From: Patescibacteria group bacterium
GTDB lineage: Bacteria > Patescibacteriota > WWE3 > 2-01-FULL-39-13
DNA: 64,000 nucleotides
Assembly: GCA_048499955.1 (NCBI GenBank)
Contig: JASNYX010000005.1
Span: 27,401 to 91,400 of the forward strand
Reading direction: 5' to 3'
Shown in pieces: positions 1-10,175 of the stretch. A model generated the notes under the pieces. The model worked only from the letters and a program-made list of their open reading frames with translations. It was not told the origin of the DNA and did not search any database. Position 1 is the first letter of the stretch. Every line of letters starts with the position of its first letter. Made by a program: the position numbers and the translations under genes.

Positions 1-1
1 T

Positions 2-646
2 GATGGTCACAACTCGATAGAGGAAATGGCCAATAAATGTATAGATCTCGGATATACCCAAATGGGAATTGCTGATCACTTCGGAAAACTAAGAGTTGCA
101 AATGCTATTGATGAATCTGAATTTAACGGGTATCTGAAAGATATTCGCGACGCAGATAATAAAATCAACGGAATTAAAATCCATGCATCAGCTGAAGTTG
201 AAATCGATAAAGATGGCAATCTTGAGTTTAACCAAGACTTGCTCAAAGAATTAGATTATAGGGTATGTTCAGTGCATTTCAGCACAAAGATGGCAGTACC
301 GGAGATGACAAAGAGAATTATTAAGGCATTAAAAAATCCACTGACTGATATTTTGGCTCATCCAACCGGAAGAATTATTAACCAAAGACCGGGTTTTGAG
401 TTTGATTACGAAGAGGTTTTTAAAGTTGCACGCGATGAAGGTGTTGCATTGGAAATAAATGCACATCCAATGAGACTCGATTTAAGCTGGCAATTGGCCA
501 AATTGGCTGGAAAGATCGGATGTAAAATTGTTATTAACACAGATGCACATTCAATTTCAGAACTCGAATACATGGAATATGGTCTAAATAACGCCAAAAA
601 AGCCTGGATCGAAAAACATAGTCTTTGGGAATTTGATTCTGTATAA
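2..646 (+). CDS. PHP domain, C-terminal part of a PolX/PHP-type protein (5' partial)
   Basis: Frame is open from the window edge (DGHNSIEEM...); PHP motifs IADH, AEVEI, SVH, LAHPTGR, LEINA, NTDAH. Confidence 0.85.
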   Translation, partial: DGHNSIEEMANKCIDLGYTQMGIADHFGKLRVANAIDESEFNGYLKDIRDADNKINGIKIHASAEVEIDKDGNLEFNQDLLKELDYRVCSVHFSTKMAVPEMTKRIIKALKNPLTDILAHPTGRIINQRPGFEFDYEEVFKVARDEGVALEINAHPMRLDLSWQLAKLAGKIGCKIVINTDAHSISELEYMEYGLNNAKKAWIEKHSLWEFDSV

Positions 647-790
647 TCGCACTTAATTAGCATATATTCCTGCCAAATCGTTAACATCTATTATTTTATT
701 GCGTGTAAATATGCCGGAGTCTATAAACCCAATAAAATGTGGTGAATAGGCTGTAAAGTATTCGAGCTTACACACTTATCTGACAAAACG

Positions 791-1408
791 ATGAAAAATT
801 GCATTTCGGCCCATCTTATTATGTCTTCCGTACTAATTTTTATAGGTTTGGTGAACAGTCCTGTGAAAGCAAATATAAATCCGGCTGATGGCATATTAGC
901 CCCAAATGAGATAACTACCAATTCAATCAATTTGACTTCCGGGCAAGATTCTGCGACAGACGTGCCTATTCATATATTTTTACCTTCAATAGATACAAGT
1001 ATTAAAGTGAAGGAAGGTCAAATTTCCTCAGGAACTTGGGAAACTGATGAAGAAATGGCACTATATGCCGAGGGAAGCTCGTCATTAACTGATTCTTATG
1101 GTAATACAATAATATACGCTCATGCCCGAGAATATCTCTTTCGGGATCTAAAAATGCTTAAAATTGGAGATCTAGTTCACATTACAGGCGACCAAGGTGA
1201 ATACTTTTACGAAGTGACGGAAAAAGAGAGCATATTGCCCGACGAAGTTGATGTGGTGAAAAAAATCGGTTCTCACAACCTCACATTATTTACATGTGAT
1301 GGGCTCGATGATAAATATCGTCTACTAATAAGAGCAAGAAAATTGCAGTTTGATTTAGTTAGGGATGATTCCAACAAGTTTGTACGTTGGAATCCAAATC
1401 GTATTTAA
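791..1408 (+). CDS. Sortase
   Basis: N-terminal hydrophobic anchor; catalytic His (IYAH), Cys (LTLFTC) and Arg (YRLLIRA). Confidence 0.9.
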   Translation: MKNCISAHLIMSSVLIFIGLVNSPVKANINPADGILAPNEITTNSINLTSGQDSATDVPIHIFLPSIDTSIKVKEGQISSGTWETDEEMALYAEGSSSLTDSYGNTIIYAHAREYLFRDLKMLKIGDLVHITGDQGEYFYEVTEKESILPDEVDVVKKIGSHNLTLFTCDGLDDKYRLLIRARKLQFDLVRDDSNKFVRWNPNRI

Positions 1409-1422
1409 AGGAGGTGAAACAA

Positions 1423-1812
1423 ATGGCTGATAACAAAAATTCAAAAAATGCCGGTTCCGTGCAACGTGTAAGGAGTTGGTGGCAAAGCGATACTGCGAAA
1501 GCAATTTCAACCATTATTGCTGTGTTATTAATACCCGCAGCAGTTTTAGCATGGAATTATGCATCTAGCAGAAATGTTGATTTACAGGAAGGCGTCTTTA
1601 CAGAAGAAAACTCTGAAAACTCATCAGAAGCTTCTACAGATGAGAACGGCGGAGACAGCAACGGTACAGAAAACGCAAATCAAGGAACAGCTTCTCCTAC
1701 TTCGACACCAGCAGCTGGTGCTACTCCGGCTAATAATCAGGATAGACCGATAGGAGGAATCAACGATGTTAACATGTTGCCAAACACATCCTCAGGGAAT
1801 TATTCAAAGTAA
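1423..1812 (+). CDS. Membrane-anchored low-complexity protein ending in LPNTS, candidate sortase substrate
   Basis: AGGAGGTGA SD before ATG 1423; one TM helix, E/N/S/T/A-rich stalk, C-terminal MLPNTSSGNYSK. Confidence 0.7.
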   Translation: MADNKNSKNAGSVQRVRSWWQSDTAKAISTIIAVLLIPAAVLAWNYASSRNVDLQEGVFTEENSENSSEASTDENGGDSNGTENANQGTASPTSTPAAGATPANNQDRPIGGINDVNMLPNTSSGNYSK

Positions 1813-1904
1813 AGGTTAAATTGGTCAAATGATATCAATTGATCTCACAGGTTAAATTTCTAGGAGGCCCTGCCCGCCTCTTACGAAGTCAGTATAAGTG
1901 TAGG

Positions 1905-4487
1905 TTATTCACGATTATCTCGATCTTCTCGTTCTCTATCTTCTTCTTGTCTTTGCAGAATTCTTTTAATTTCGTCAGAAGTACAGGCTCGTTTAGGTTC
2001 ATCTCCCGATACAAATAACTCTGTTGTAATTGTGGGACATTCGGCGCAGGCTAAGCTACCTGTTAAAGCACACACTTTTACTTCTACGAGGTTTGAAGGT
2101 TTTGAAAGCGATTCCTTAATATTCTTATTGTCGATTAAATAATCAACGAGGTTTCTCCAGATAAGTGAGGCACTTGCGTATCCAGATGAAACATTTTTCA
2201 TGGGATCTCCGTTGTTATTTCCGATCCAGGTCACAACCACATAATCATCTGTGTATCCTACTGCCCAATTGTCTTTTGTATTTTGCGTTGTTCCGGTTTT
2301 TACGGCAACCTGAATATCATCAATGTGTAGGTTCGATCGGGCACCAAAAGCAGGAACTCTTGCCCTGTTATCAGAAAGTATATTACTGATGTAATAAGCC
2401 GTTTTTTCTGAGATTACCCGTTCACCTCTGCATTGTGGTGATTCAAACTTAGGTGAATAAGAATTGATATTACGAAATGCGTTTACTCTGAATTCGAGCC
2501 ATTCTTTTCGAGTTAATACAGAAGGGTTTTCATCAATAAAATTAACGCACGAATTTTCTTTAATTGTATTTCCATAATTGTCATAAATTTTTAAAATCGG
2601 GTTTAAGGGCTGTTTATAACCAAGATTCGCAAAAGCTCCATATAGCACTGCCATATCTACCATTTTTACTTCTCCAGCACCTAGTGTCAGAGATAATCCA
2701 TAACGTTCCGGTTCGTTCCAAGTGGTGATTCCCATTTTCTTTCCCCAATCAATAATGGTACTGACCCCTAAATCATCAGCGAGCTTTACTGCCGGAATAT
2801 TATATGAATTTGCGAGTGCTGACTTTAGTGTCATAGTGCCATGAAATCTACCATCGTAGTTAACAGGCTTGTAAGCCGGTTGTCCGGGAATGTTATAGCT
2901 AACCGGTGCATCGATAATTCGACTGTTGTATTTATATTCGCCGCTTTCAAATGCAATTGCATAAGTTAGTGGTTTAATAGATGATCCGGGTTGCCTAGCT
3001 GACGTCGTAATGTTTACATTGCCATCATTTGTGACATCCCAATAATTGACAGATCCAACCATTGCCAAAATCTCACCTGTTTTTGGATTTGTAATTAGAG
3101 CCGACCCATTTCTGGCGTTATACCTTTTTAGTGTACTAACATCTCTAGACACAATTTTCTCTGCCTGATCTTGAAGCTCAGGGTCAATGCTCGTATAAAC
3201 TTCCAACCCTGCTTTTGTCAAAATTCTATGGCCGTATTCTTTTTGGAGATGATCAATAACATAATTAACGAAATGAGGATATTTTATAGATTCAGTTTTA
3301 TCATTAAATGACAAAGTTTCGTTTATCGCGTTTTCTGCTTCCTCTTTTGAGATATAACCGGCAGAGGCCATTCGATTAAGCACATCTTGCTGCCTTAGCT
3401 TACCCATTTCAGGTGAATTACTATATGGAGAGTAACGACTTGGTGCTCCAGGAAGTCCTGACAGGTAGGCACTTTCAGACAATGTTAATTCTTCTAGCTC
3501 TTTGCCAAAATACTTACGTGAGGCCGCTTTTATACCATATGCTGTTCCTCCATACGAAATGCTGTTTAGGTATAATTCAAGGATTTCTTCTTTAGAATAT
3601 TTTCGTTCTACTTCGATCGCAATTAATGCTTCTTTAATTTTTCGTTCATAAGTTCGCTCTGGGGATAATAATAAATTCTTAACAACTTGCTGAGTAATAG
3701 TTGAACCGCCTTCTAGATCATCTTCAAAGAAAGTTCGTTTGATTGCTCGGGCAATCCCTTTATATGAAAGCCCCTTATGCTCAAAGAATTTTTCATCTTC
3801 GATCGCAAGTGTCGCGTTAATAATAACTTCAGGAATATTTTCAAGCTCAACTAAAGTTCGATCTTCATTAAAATAAAGTTTATAAAGAAGATTCCCCTTT
3901 CTATCGTAAATTTTAGTAGTCAAATTCGGATCATATCTCGATAAACTCTCTGATGATGGAATCTCAGTTAATATTGAAAAATAGAAAATAGAAAAAACAT
4001 AAGACACCGCCACAAGTGTCAGCACTAAGAAAGTTTTGAAAGAAAATATTTTAATTTTAATTTCAAACTTCCTGAGATAAGCAATAATCGTCCAAATTAG
4101 TCTTATAGGAAATAAAATTGTAACTACCGCTGTTATAAAAAATCTATAAATCATCTTAATATACAAGCTTATCTGAATACTTTTAATTATCTGTAGAGAT
4201 AACTTCACATTTGTGTAAGAAATTCGGACAATCTTCTTAAAAAGCCTAGTTGGGGAGCTATAGGGATGTTCTGAAATTTTCCTGAGAAGAAGTATCAAAA
4301 TCAGCCAAATAACAATTGCAATGGCAGCAATAAATTTATATAGAAAAAACAATATCTTCATGTAGATAATGGGTACATAAATTACCGTTTTGACGGTGAA
4401 AATCATTACCTGCTTTATGTCTATTAAATTTTGAATATTATTAAAGCGCCTACTCTTACGCGAGGGCTTTTCCCGTTTTTCGGACAT
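1905..4487 (-). CDS. Class A penicillin-binding protein (PBP1A family)
   Basis: GT51 motifs EDEKFFEHKG, GGSTITQQ, RKIKE; transpeptidase motifs SSIK, SYN, KTGT. Long hydrophobic N-terminus, start uncertain. Confidence 0.95.
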   Translation of the reverse strand: MSEKREKPSRKSRRFNNIQNLIDIKQVMIFTVKTVIYVPIIYMKILFFLYKFIAAIAIVIWLILILLLRKISEHPYSSPTRLFKKIVRISYTNVKLSLQIIKSIQISLYIKMIYRFFITAVVTILFPIRLIWTIIAYLRKFEIKIKIFSFKTFLVLTLVAVSYVFSIFYFSILTEIPSSESLSRYDPNLTTKIYDRKGNLLYKLYFNEDRTLVELENIPEVIINATLAIEDEKFFEHKGLSYKGIARAIKRTFFEDDLEGGSTITQQVVKNLLLSPERTYERKIKEALIAIEVERKYSKEEILELYLNSISYGGTAYGIKAASRKYFGKELEELTLSESAYLSGLPGAPSRYSPYSNSPEMGKLRQQDVLNRMASAGYISKEEAENAINETLSFNDKTESIKYPHFVNYVIDHLQKEYGHRILTKAGLEVYTSIDPELQDQAEKIVSRDVSTLKRYNARNGSALITNPKTGEILAMVGSVNYWDVTNDGNVNITTSARQPGSSIKPLTYAIAFESGEYKYNSRIIDAPVSYNIPGQPAYKPVNYDGRFHGTMTLKSALANSYNIPAVKLADDLGVSTIIDWGKKMGITTWNEPERYGLSLTLGAGEVKMVDMAVLYGAFANLGYKQPLNPILKIYDNYGNTIKENSCVNFIDENPSVLTRKEWLEFRVNAFRNINSYSPKFESPQCRGERVISEKTAYYISNILSDNRARVPAFGARSNLHIDDIQVAVKTGTTQNTKDNWAVGYTDDYVVVTWIGNNNGDPMKNVSSGYASASLIWRNLVDYLIDNKNIKESLSKPSNLVEVKVCALTGSLACAECPTITTELFVSGDEPKRACTSDEIKRILQRQEEDREREDRDNRE

Positions 4488-4571
4488 GTCTATGGAAGTT
4501 GTGAACTATAAGATCCTGACCTCATTTTAGTTCTGATGGTCACTAGTGTCTATAGGTTTCTTTGTGGGTCT

Positions 4572-4704
4572 CCCCTTTTTAATTAACTATTGATGAACAT
4601 ATATGCTTATATTCATTGATGTTTCACACAGTTACATTGGTACTTTATGAAATGTAAGTATTTCGATAGAATATATAATTAATTATCAGTTAATTAAAAA
4701 GGGG
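4572..4704. repeat. Perfect 17-bp inverted repeat flanking a 99-bp AT-rich divergent promoter region
   Basis: CCCCTTTTTAATTAACT (4572-4588) and AGTTAATTAAAAAGGGG (4688-4704). Confidence 0.85.
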
Positions 4705-4713
4705 TCCCCCTCT

Positions 4714-5829
4714 ATGATCTCGGGTTTACAAAACGTCTCAGAAGAAATCATCGGTTCAGAAGAACTAGAATCTCGTATTGATGCGGGTCAATCACTAAAC
4801 CACTATATTGGCTTTGAAATTTCAGGCTTAGTTCACTTAGGAACTGGAATCATGACCGGATTGGTTGTTCGTGAGCTCCAAAAACTTGGAGTAAACACTT
4901 CATTCTGGCTTGCTGATTGGCATACTTGGATAAATAATAAGCTCGACGGTGATCGAGAATTTATAAATCGGGTTGCAAAAGAATATTTTGACCCGGCATT
5001 AAGAATTTCCGCTGCAATTGCGGGTGCTGACCCTGATAAAATCGTATCAAGAACCGGTTCCGAGATTTACCATAATAACGATAAATTCTGGGAATCCTTC
5101 ATGGAAATCAGCAAAAACCTAACACTTGCCCGTGTCATGAAATCGATTACTATCGCCGGTAGAAAAGAAACAGATTCAACTCAGTTTGCGATTCTAATGT
5201 ACCCTTCCCTACAGGCGGCCGATATTTTTGAACTAAAAGCCCATATTGCACATGCCGGTACTGATCAGCGAAAAATACATGTGATTGCACGCGAAGTTGC
5301 CGAGCATTTAAATATCAACCCACTACTCGACGATAAAGGCAACAAAATGAAACCTATGGCTATTCATCACCATTTGTTGTTAGGGCTTCAAACGCCTACA
5401 CAATGGCCGCTTCCTGAAGGTGAAGAAAAAGATTCTATAAGAACTCAAATGAAAATGAGCAAGTCGATCAAAGGTTCTGCGATATTCATTCATGATTCTC
5501 CTGATGAAATCAAACAAAAGATGAGAAGTGCATTTTGCCCAGAAAAAGAAGTCGACTATAACCCCGTGCTTGATTGGGTCAAACATATGGTATTTCCAAT
5601 CGCCGGATCTCTTGAAATTAAACGAGATGAAAAATTCGGAGGTAACTTTACCGCAACAGATTATCAAGAAATACAAGACCGATTTGCTTCAGGTGATTTG
5701 CATCCGCTGGATCTTAAAAGCGCGGTTTCTGAATTTTTAATTAAAATATTGGAACCGGCTAGAGAACTGTTTGGTACACCAAGTGCTCAACAATTAATCG
5801 AAGAAATAAAGCAAAAGCAAACTAGGTAA
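4714..5829 (+). CDS. tyrS: Tyrosyl-tRNA synthetase, archaeal-type
   Basis: YIGFEISGLVHLG (HIGH-like), YPSLQAADIF, GTDQRK, KMSKS, LHPLDLK; no S4 domain. Confidence 0.92.
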   Translation: MISGLQNVSEEIIGSEELESRIDAGQSLNHYIGFEISGLVHLGTGIMTGLVVRELQKLGVNTSFWLADWHTWINNKLDGDREFINRVAKEYFDPALRISAAIAGADPDKIVSRTGSEIYHNNDKFWESFMEISKNLTLARVMKSITIAGRKETDSTQFAILMYPSLQAADIFELKAHIAHAGTDQRKIHVIAREVAEHLNINPLLDDKGNKMKPMAIHHHLLLGLQTPTQWPLPEGEEKDSIRTQMKMSKSIKGSAIFIHDSPDEIKQKMRSAFCPEKEVDYNPVLDWVKHMVFPIAGSLEIKRDEKFGGNFTATDYQEIQDRFASGDLHPLDLKSAVSEFLIKILEPARELFGTPSAQQLIEEIKQKQTR

Positions 5830-5949
5830 CATTATCATTTTGTTTACTTTGCCCAATGCTAGATAATCATGATTGAAAAATCGGGGATGAGTCGCATAGT
5901 GCAAAAGATGACACAACTGGCATGAGCCGGTGGTGATTCATTAAAAACA

Positions 5950-6402
5950 ATGAAAATATTTTTAGGCGGCATCGTACATAGTGGAATGTCAAATCCTGAT
6001 ACCTACGATCAGTCTTATCGTGGGATAATTAAGGAACAATTAAGAATTCACCATCCACAGGTAGAAATTTACTGTTGCAATGATGACCGTTCCTCGGATC
6101 CTTCTAAATTTGAGTGCCGTTCGCCAAAAGAAAACTTCGAGCATTTTTTACAGAATGTAAGGACGAGTAAAATTTTTATAGGCTACCTTCCCTACCCCAG
6201 CATAGGAACAGCAATCGAATTATATAATGCGTATCTGCACGGAGTCCCAACTATTACAATCACTCCACTTAAAATGAACTGGTCAATTCAAGCATATAGC
6301 ACTCATGTCTTCGGCACTCTGGAAGAGTTTTTGGATGAAATTCCTAAGGGATTACTGGTCAAATATTTGGAAAAAGCAAACGTCGAAAACATGGCTGATT
6401 GA
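5950..6402 (+). CDS. Nucleoside 2-deoxyribosyltransferase / nucleotide hydrolase family protein
   Basis: KIFLGG at the start and the SIGTAIELYNAY..GVP motif with the conserved Glu. Confidence 0.65.
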   Translation: MKIFLGGIVHSGMSNPDTYDQSYRGIIKEQLRIHHPQVEIYCCNDDRSSDPSKFECRSPKENFEHFLQNVRTSKIFIGYLPYPSIGTAIELYNAYLHGVPTITITPLKMNWSIQAYSTHVFGTLEEFLDEIPKGLLVKYLEKANVENMAD

Positions 6403-6623
6403 TAAGTATCTAGCTATTTTAGAAAATGGTTTTTTCAAAAACTAACGTTATAGGCCTTTCATCTTTGAAGCTTGAGCTTTGGAACTTATAATAATCGGAC
6501 CTTATTGCTATAATTCTAGTGTTTTCTGATGCTTGGAAAGTGAAGTTCCATGGGTAGAATTATGGGTATCTCTCTTGGTGCAAGGTGGATTGAAGCCTTA
6601 GAAAAACAATTAAACTCTCATAT

Positions 6624-6697
6624 TGCCCGGTCGTCTAATGGTAGGACAGCGGCCTTTGAAGCCGTCGATCCTGGTTCGAGTCCAGGCTGGGCAGCCA
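6624..6697 (+). tRNA. tRNA-Gln(UUG)
   Basis: Acceptor stem TGCCCGG/CTGGGCA, anticodon arm GCGGC-CTTTGAA-GCCGT, T arm CCTGG-TTCGAGT-CCAGG, encoded CCA. Confidence 0.97.
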
Positions 6698-6877
6698 TAT
6701 CCTTGAAGTTACAGTGTCCGATTCTCCTTACGCATAGCTCAAAAGTTCTACCTGACCGATTTCCTCTATCCTAGTTCATCATAGAAATTTCGTTAGTTGT
6801 TCGTTACTTTTGAGATTGGTTCAAGAGCGATTTGTCCCTAGCATTCACTTGAGGTTCTATGAGTTGATTACAGGGTG

Positions 6878-7644
6878 TTAGTCGCTTAATTTATTATCCT
6901 TCCAATTGGTAAAAGTATTAAAATAGTCATCATTAGTTTCCGCACGTCGGATTTGTTTAAATGAACCATCTCTTTCAAGAAAGTCCTGCATCTCATCAAT
7001 AATCACATAAATGCCCTTTTGCTCACAGGTTTCTATCAATTTTTTTAATAAATCTGCTGGAAAATATTCACCATTAGGATTGTTCGGATTTGTAATGAAA
7101 ATCGCATCTGGATTAGTTGCTAATATATCTTCCAATTCATTCCAGTCAATCGGTGTACTTCTATCAAAGTTTGTAAAATCATACCCTGTGACTTCTACAC
7201 CTAATACCTCTATTGGTCTTTGAAATAATTGGTAATGTGTAGGTCCTATAACTGCGATATTCAGCTTTTCAATATTGCCGTTTTCTAGCTTAGCTAACTC
7301 TTCAATAACGATTTCAACTCCGCACCATGCACCTGCTACTAATACGATATTCTCGGCCTTATAGTTTGTATTGAACTTAAGGTTGTCTAATTCTGCAATG
7401 TTTTCTCTCAAACCTCTTCTCCAGCTTCAGGGCCATATCCAAGTGACAGCTTGTGTCTCGATGGTCCTAAAAGGTCTATAAGCTCTTCATTTAGAATTTG
7501 TGATGGATGTGTAAAAGCTCCTCTATCTAGGCTACTCTTTAGGGTTCCTTTATCAATATATTCCCTTACTAGAGCATAGTAACTATTAAAAGCTCTTAAA
7601 CAATTTTTTATCTCTTGGGTGTTTTTAATTTTGTATCTCTTCAT
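6878..7644 (-). pseudogene. PLP-dependent aminotransferase class I/II, frameshifted and 3'-truncated
   Basis: YGPEAG(EEV)/(L)RENIAE is split by a 1-nt frameshift near 7410; NPNNPNG and IIDE motifs are present, but the ORF ends before the PLP-lysine motif. Confidence 0.8.
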
Positions 7645-7694
7645 ATAAGTAGCCTATATTATAAGGGTTTTTAAAACCTAGCACTAGGGCTGGG

Positions 7695-8963
7695 TTATTC
7701 TATAAAGACCCTTTGCGATTTTAAATAAACTGTATTCTTAATAAATCCTGCGACCTCTCTTTTCTCATTAGAAGTTCCATGGAGCAGAATATGCTTTGCA
7801 AAAGTCTTAAGATCTGGTTTAGATTTCAATGCTTCTGTACCAACGTTTAACATTTCAGAAAACTTGTTAAATCTCTTGAACTCTTCGTTAAGTTTTGAGG
7901 AAATTTGTTTCTCATCTATATCAGTCTTTTCTATAATTTCTGCTATTTGAGGTATCAAATCTTCTTCTCTAATATAGGGCTCTGTACATTTGAAGTCTGT
8001 GTTGAAGGGTTTAGTGCAGTGGTAATAAATGTATTTGTTTCTAGTACCATCCTTAAGATTTTTATATCTTTCTTCTGCTGTTATGCTAGCTCCACATGTT
8101 CCACACTTAAGAATTCTAGTAAAAGCGAACTCTTTACTATTCCAAGGAGACTTAGGAGGAACTATTAGCTTTTCCTGAACAATATCAAATAATTCTTTGG
8201 GTATTAATGGCTTTTGTGATCCCTTATACCATTTACCACTTTTAAGTGGATATTCAAACTCACCATAGTAGAATGAATTCTTAAGCATTATATAAATCAT
8301 GCTCAGGGGTAGTTTTTTATTTTTTCGAGTTCTTAATGGTGTCTCATGATCTAGCCACTTTTTTAGTGCTCTCCCGCTTAATCCTTTATATCCCACGAGC
8401 TCAAACATTTGTTTAACTATTGGGGAGGTTTCTGGATCAGGAATAATATCTTTGACACCATTATAGGAACGATTAAAATATCCAAGAGGAGCAGGTCCTG
8501 GCCTCCATCCCATTTCACATTTATTGCGGATACCTCTTTTTACATTTACTCCTTTATTATCATTTTCTAGTTTTGCCTGACTGCATAAAATCATTAATAA
8601 AAATTTCTCATTTGGTGTGTTTGAAAATGTTTGTCCGAAAGTTCTTATATGTAAAAGTTTCCCTTTATCCATTAAGTCTACGAGTGATCCTAAATCTCCT
8701 GCATTTCTGCTTAATCTATCGGGAGCCCATGTCAAAATTGCATTGTATTTCCCAATGGTTATCTCTGAAATCATTTCTAGAAAATATGGTCGTGTGGACG
8801 ATGCTTTGGCTGAGTGGCTTTCTTGCTTTATTTCTGTAACATTCAAACCTTCCTTAACTGCCAGCTCTTTCATCTCCTTTAATTGGGAATCAATAGACAT
8901 AGCTTGTCTTTCATCTGATTCTGAAGATTTCCTTGCATATAGACAGTATTTTAGATTTTCCAT
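7695..8963 (-). CDS. Large serine recombinase (resolvase + recombinase + Zn ribbon)
   Basis: YARKS catalytic Ser, DRLSR, PLGY, CGTCG...YYHC...C. Confidence 0.93.
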   Translation of the reverse strand: MENLKYCLYARKSSESDERQAMSIDSQLKEMKELAVKEGLNVTEIKQESHSAKASSTRPYFLEMISEITIGKYNAILTWAPDRLSRNAGDLGSLVDLMDKGKLLHIRTFGQTFSNTPNEKFLLMILCSQAKLENDNKGVNVKRGIRNKCEMGWRPGPAPLGYFNRSYNGVKDIIPDPETSPIVKQMFELVGYKGLSGRALKKWLDHETPLRTRKNKKLPLSMIYIMLKNSFYYGEFEYPLKSGKWYKGSQKPLIPKELFDIVQEKLIVPPKSPWNSKEFAFTRILKCGTCGASITAEERYKNLKDGTRNKYIYYHCTKPFNTDFKCTEPYIREEDLIPQIAEIIEKTDIDEKQISSKLNEEFKRFNKFSEMLNVGTEALKSKPDLKTFAKHILLHGTSNEKREVAGFIKNTVYLKSQRVFIE

Positions 8964-9052
8964 CTTGGACAGAAGATACCGCTGATTCGGGGAAAGTCTA
9001 GAGTATTTAGTTTATTGCATAACAAGGTAAAATAGACCTATAAATTTATAAT

Positions 9053-9637
9053 ATGGCAAATCTTTTTGGTAAAAATAAACTTCAAGAAATAGCTTCTAAA
9101 CTTGATACATCTGAACTGGAAACTAAGATTGAAATAGTTAAAACGTGGCACCATGACTACCACAATGGTAGTTTAAAAAATGATAAGGAAACCTCTAGAG
9201 AACAGGCCTACAATCAGGATTTTTTCATAAAAATTCTTGGATTTAGGGAAAAACCATCACCAATATACACTTTTGAACCTAAAGCAACGACGGAAATGGG
9301 ACAACTGCCTGATGCTGTTATTAGTTATACGGATATCACCAAAAATATTACTAACATTTCTGCGGTTGTTGAATTAAAAAGTGCCACGGCTGATTTAGAT
9401 AGACCGCAAAAACGAGAGAGTAATATAAGCCCTGTACAGCAAGGATTTAAATACAAAATTTTATATAGGGATTGTCCATTTGTTATTGTAAGTAATTTTT
9501 GGGAATTACGCTTGTATCATGATAATCAATTGGATTTTGAATCATGGACTCTTGATGATCTGGTTGATTCCTCAAATGATTATATTAAATTTAAAACTTT
9601 TTATACGTTATTATGCGCCAATAATTTTATCAGCTAA
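9053..9637 (+). pseudogene. N-terminal PD-(D/E)xK domain of a type IIG/IIL restriction-modification enzyme, truncated
   Basis: PDAVI...VELKS...QGFKY...VIVSNFWELRLY; stops before any methyltransferase domain. Confidence 0.7.
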
Positions 9638-9932
9638 AAGGGAGCAAGCATCAAGAGTAGCTGAACTATTTGCTTTCTGGTTGACATATTCCGATGGTAC
9701 TATAGATAACCTTCCTAATAAGGAAAAAATAGCACACTACGAAAAATTAAATAGATTAACTTGGGAACTTGCTATTTGGATTCCTGATGAAGCTTTAGTA
9801 AAAGAAATAATGTCGAAACTCAGCCATGATTCAGGAAAAGATATTAAAGAAATAGTCTTGAGTATTCGTGAGCATATCCAAAAGAAAAAAAGTCATAACC
9901 TCGACTGGAAGGAGCTTGTTTCCTTCAAATAG
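9519..9932 (+). CDS. Hypothetical protein, probably a 5'-truncated fragment
   Basis: Overlaps the previous ORF in another frame; only the part after ~9630 looks protein-like. Confidence 0.4.
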   Translation: MIINWILNHGLLMIWLIPQMIILNLKLFIRYYAPIILSAKREQASRVAELFAFWLTYSDGTIDNLPNKEKIAHYEKLNRLTWELAIWIPDEALVKEIMSKLSHDSGKDIKEIVLSIREHIQKKKSHNLDWKELVSFK

Positions 9933-10175
9933 TATATAAAACCACTAGCCGGAATGGGCATCTTTGGTGACCCATTTCTCTCGATTAGCCTTTAATGGCA
10001 TGAAAAACTTGTAGTCTCGAGCTTAACTGTGCATTCGATGTGTTTATACCTACCAATCACTAGAAGAAATGTTTTTATAGCCGAGCTCATTTCCCATTAA
10101 GATCGCATATACGAAAGACCGGTCTCAAGGCCGACATGCTCAACCATATTTATACTTTCATCGTATAATTCAATC

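Noticed and set aside
6550-6774. 74-aa ORF
   Set aside because: It runs through tRNA-Gln and is spurious.
7405-7415. Programmed frameshift in the aminotransferase
   Set aside because: No slippery heptamer or stimulator, and the gene is also 3'-truncated; decay or an indel error is simpler.
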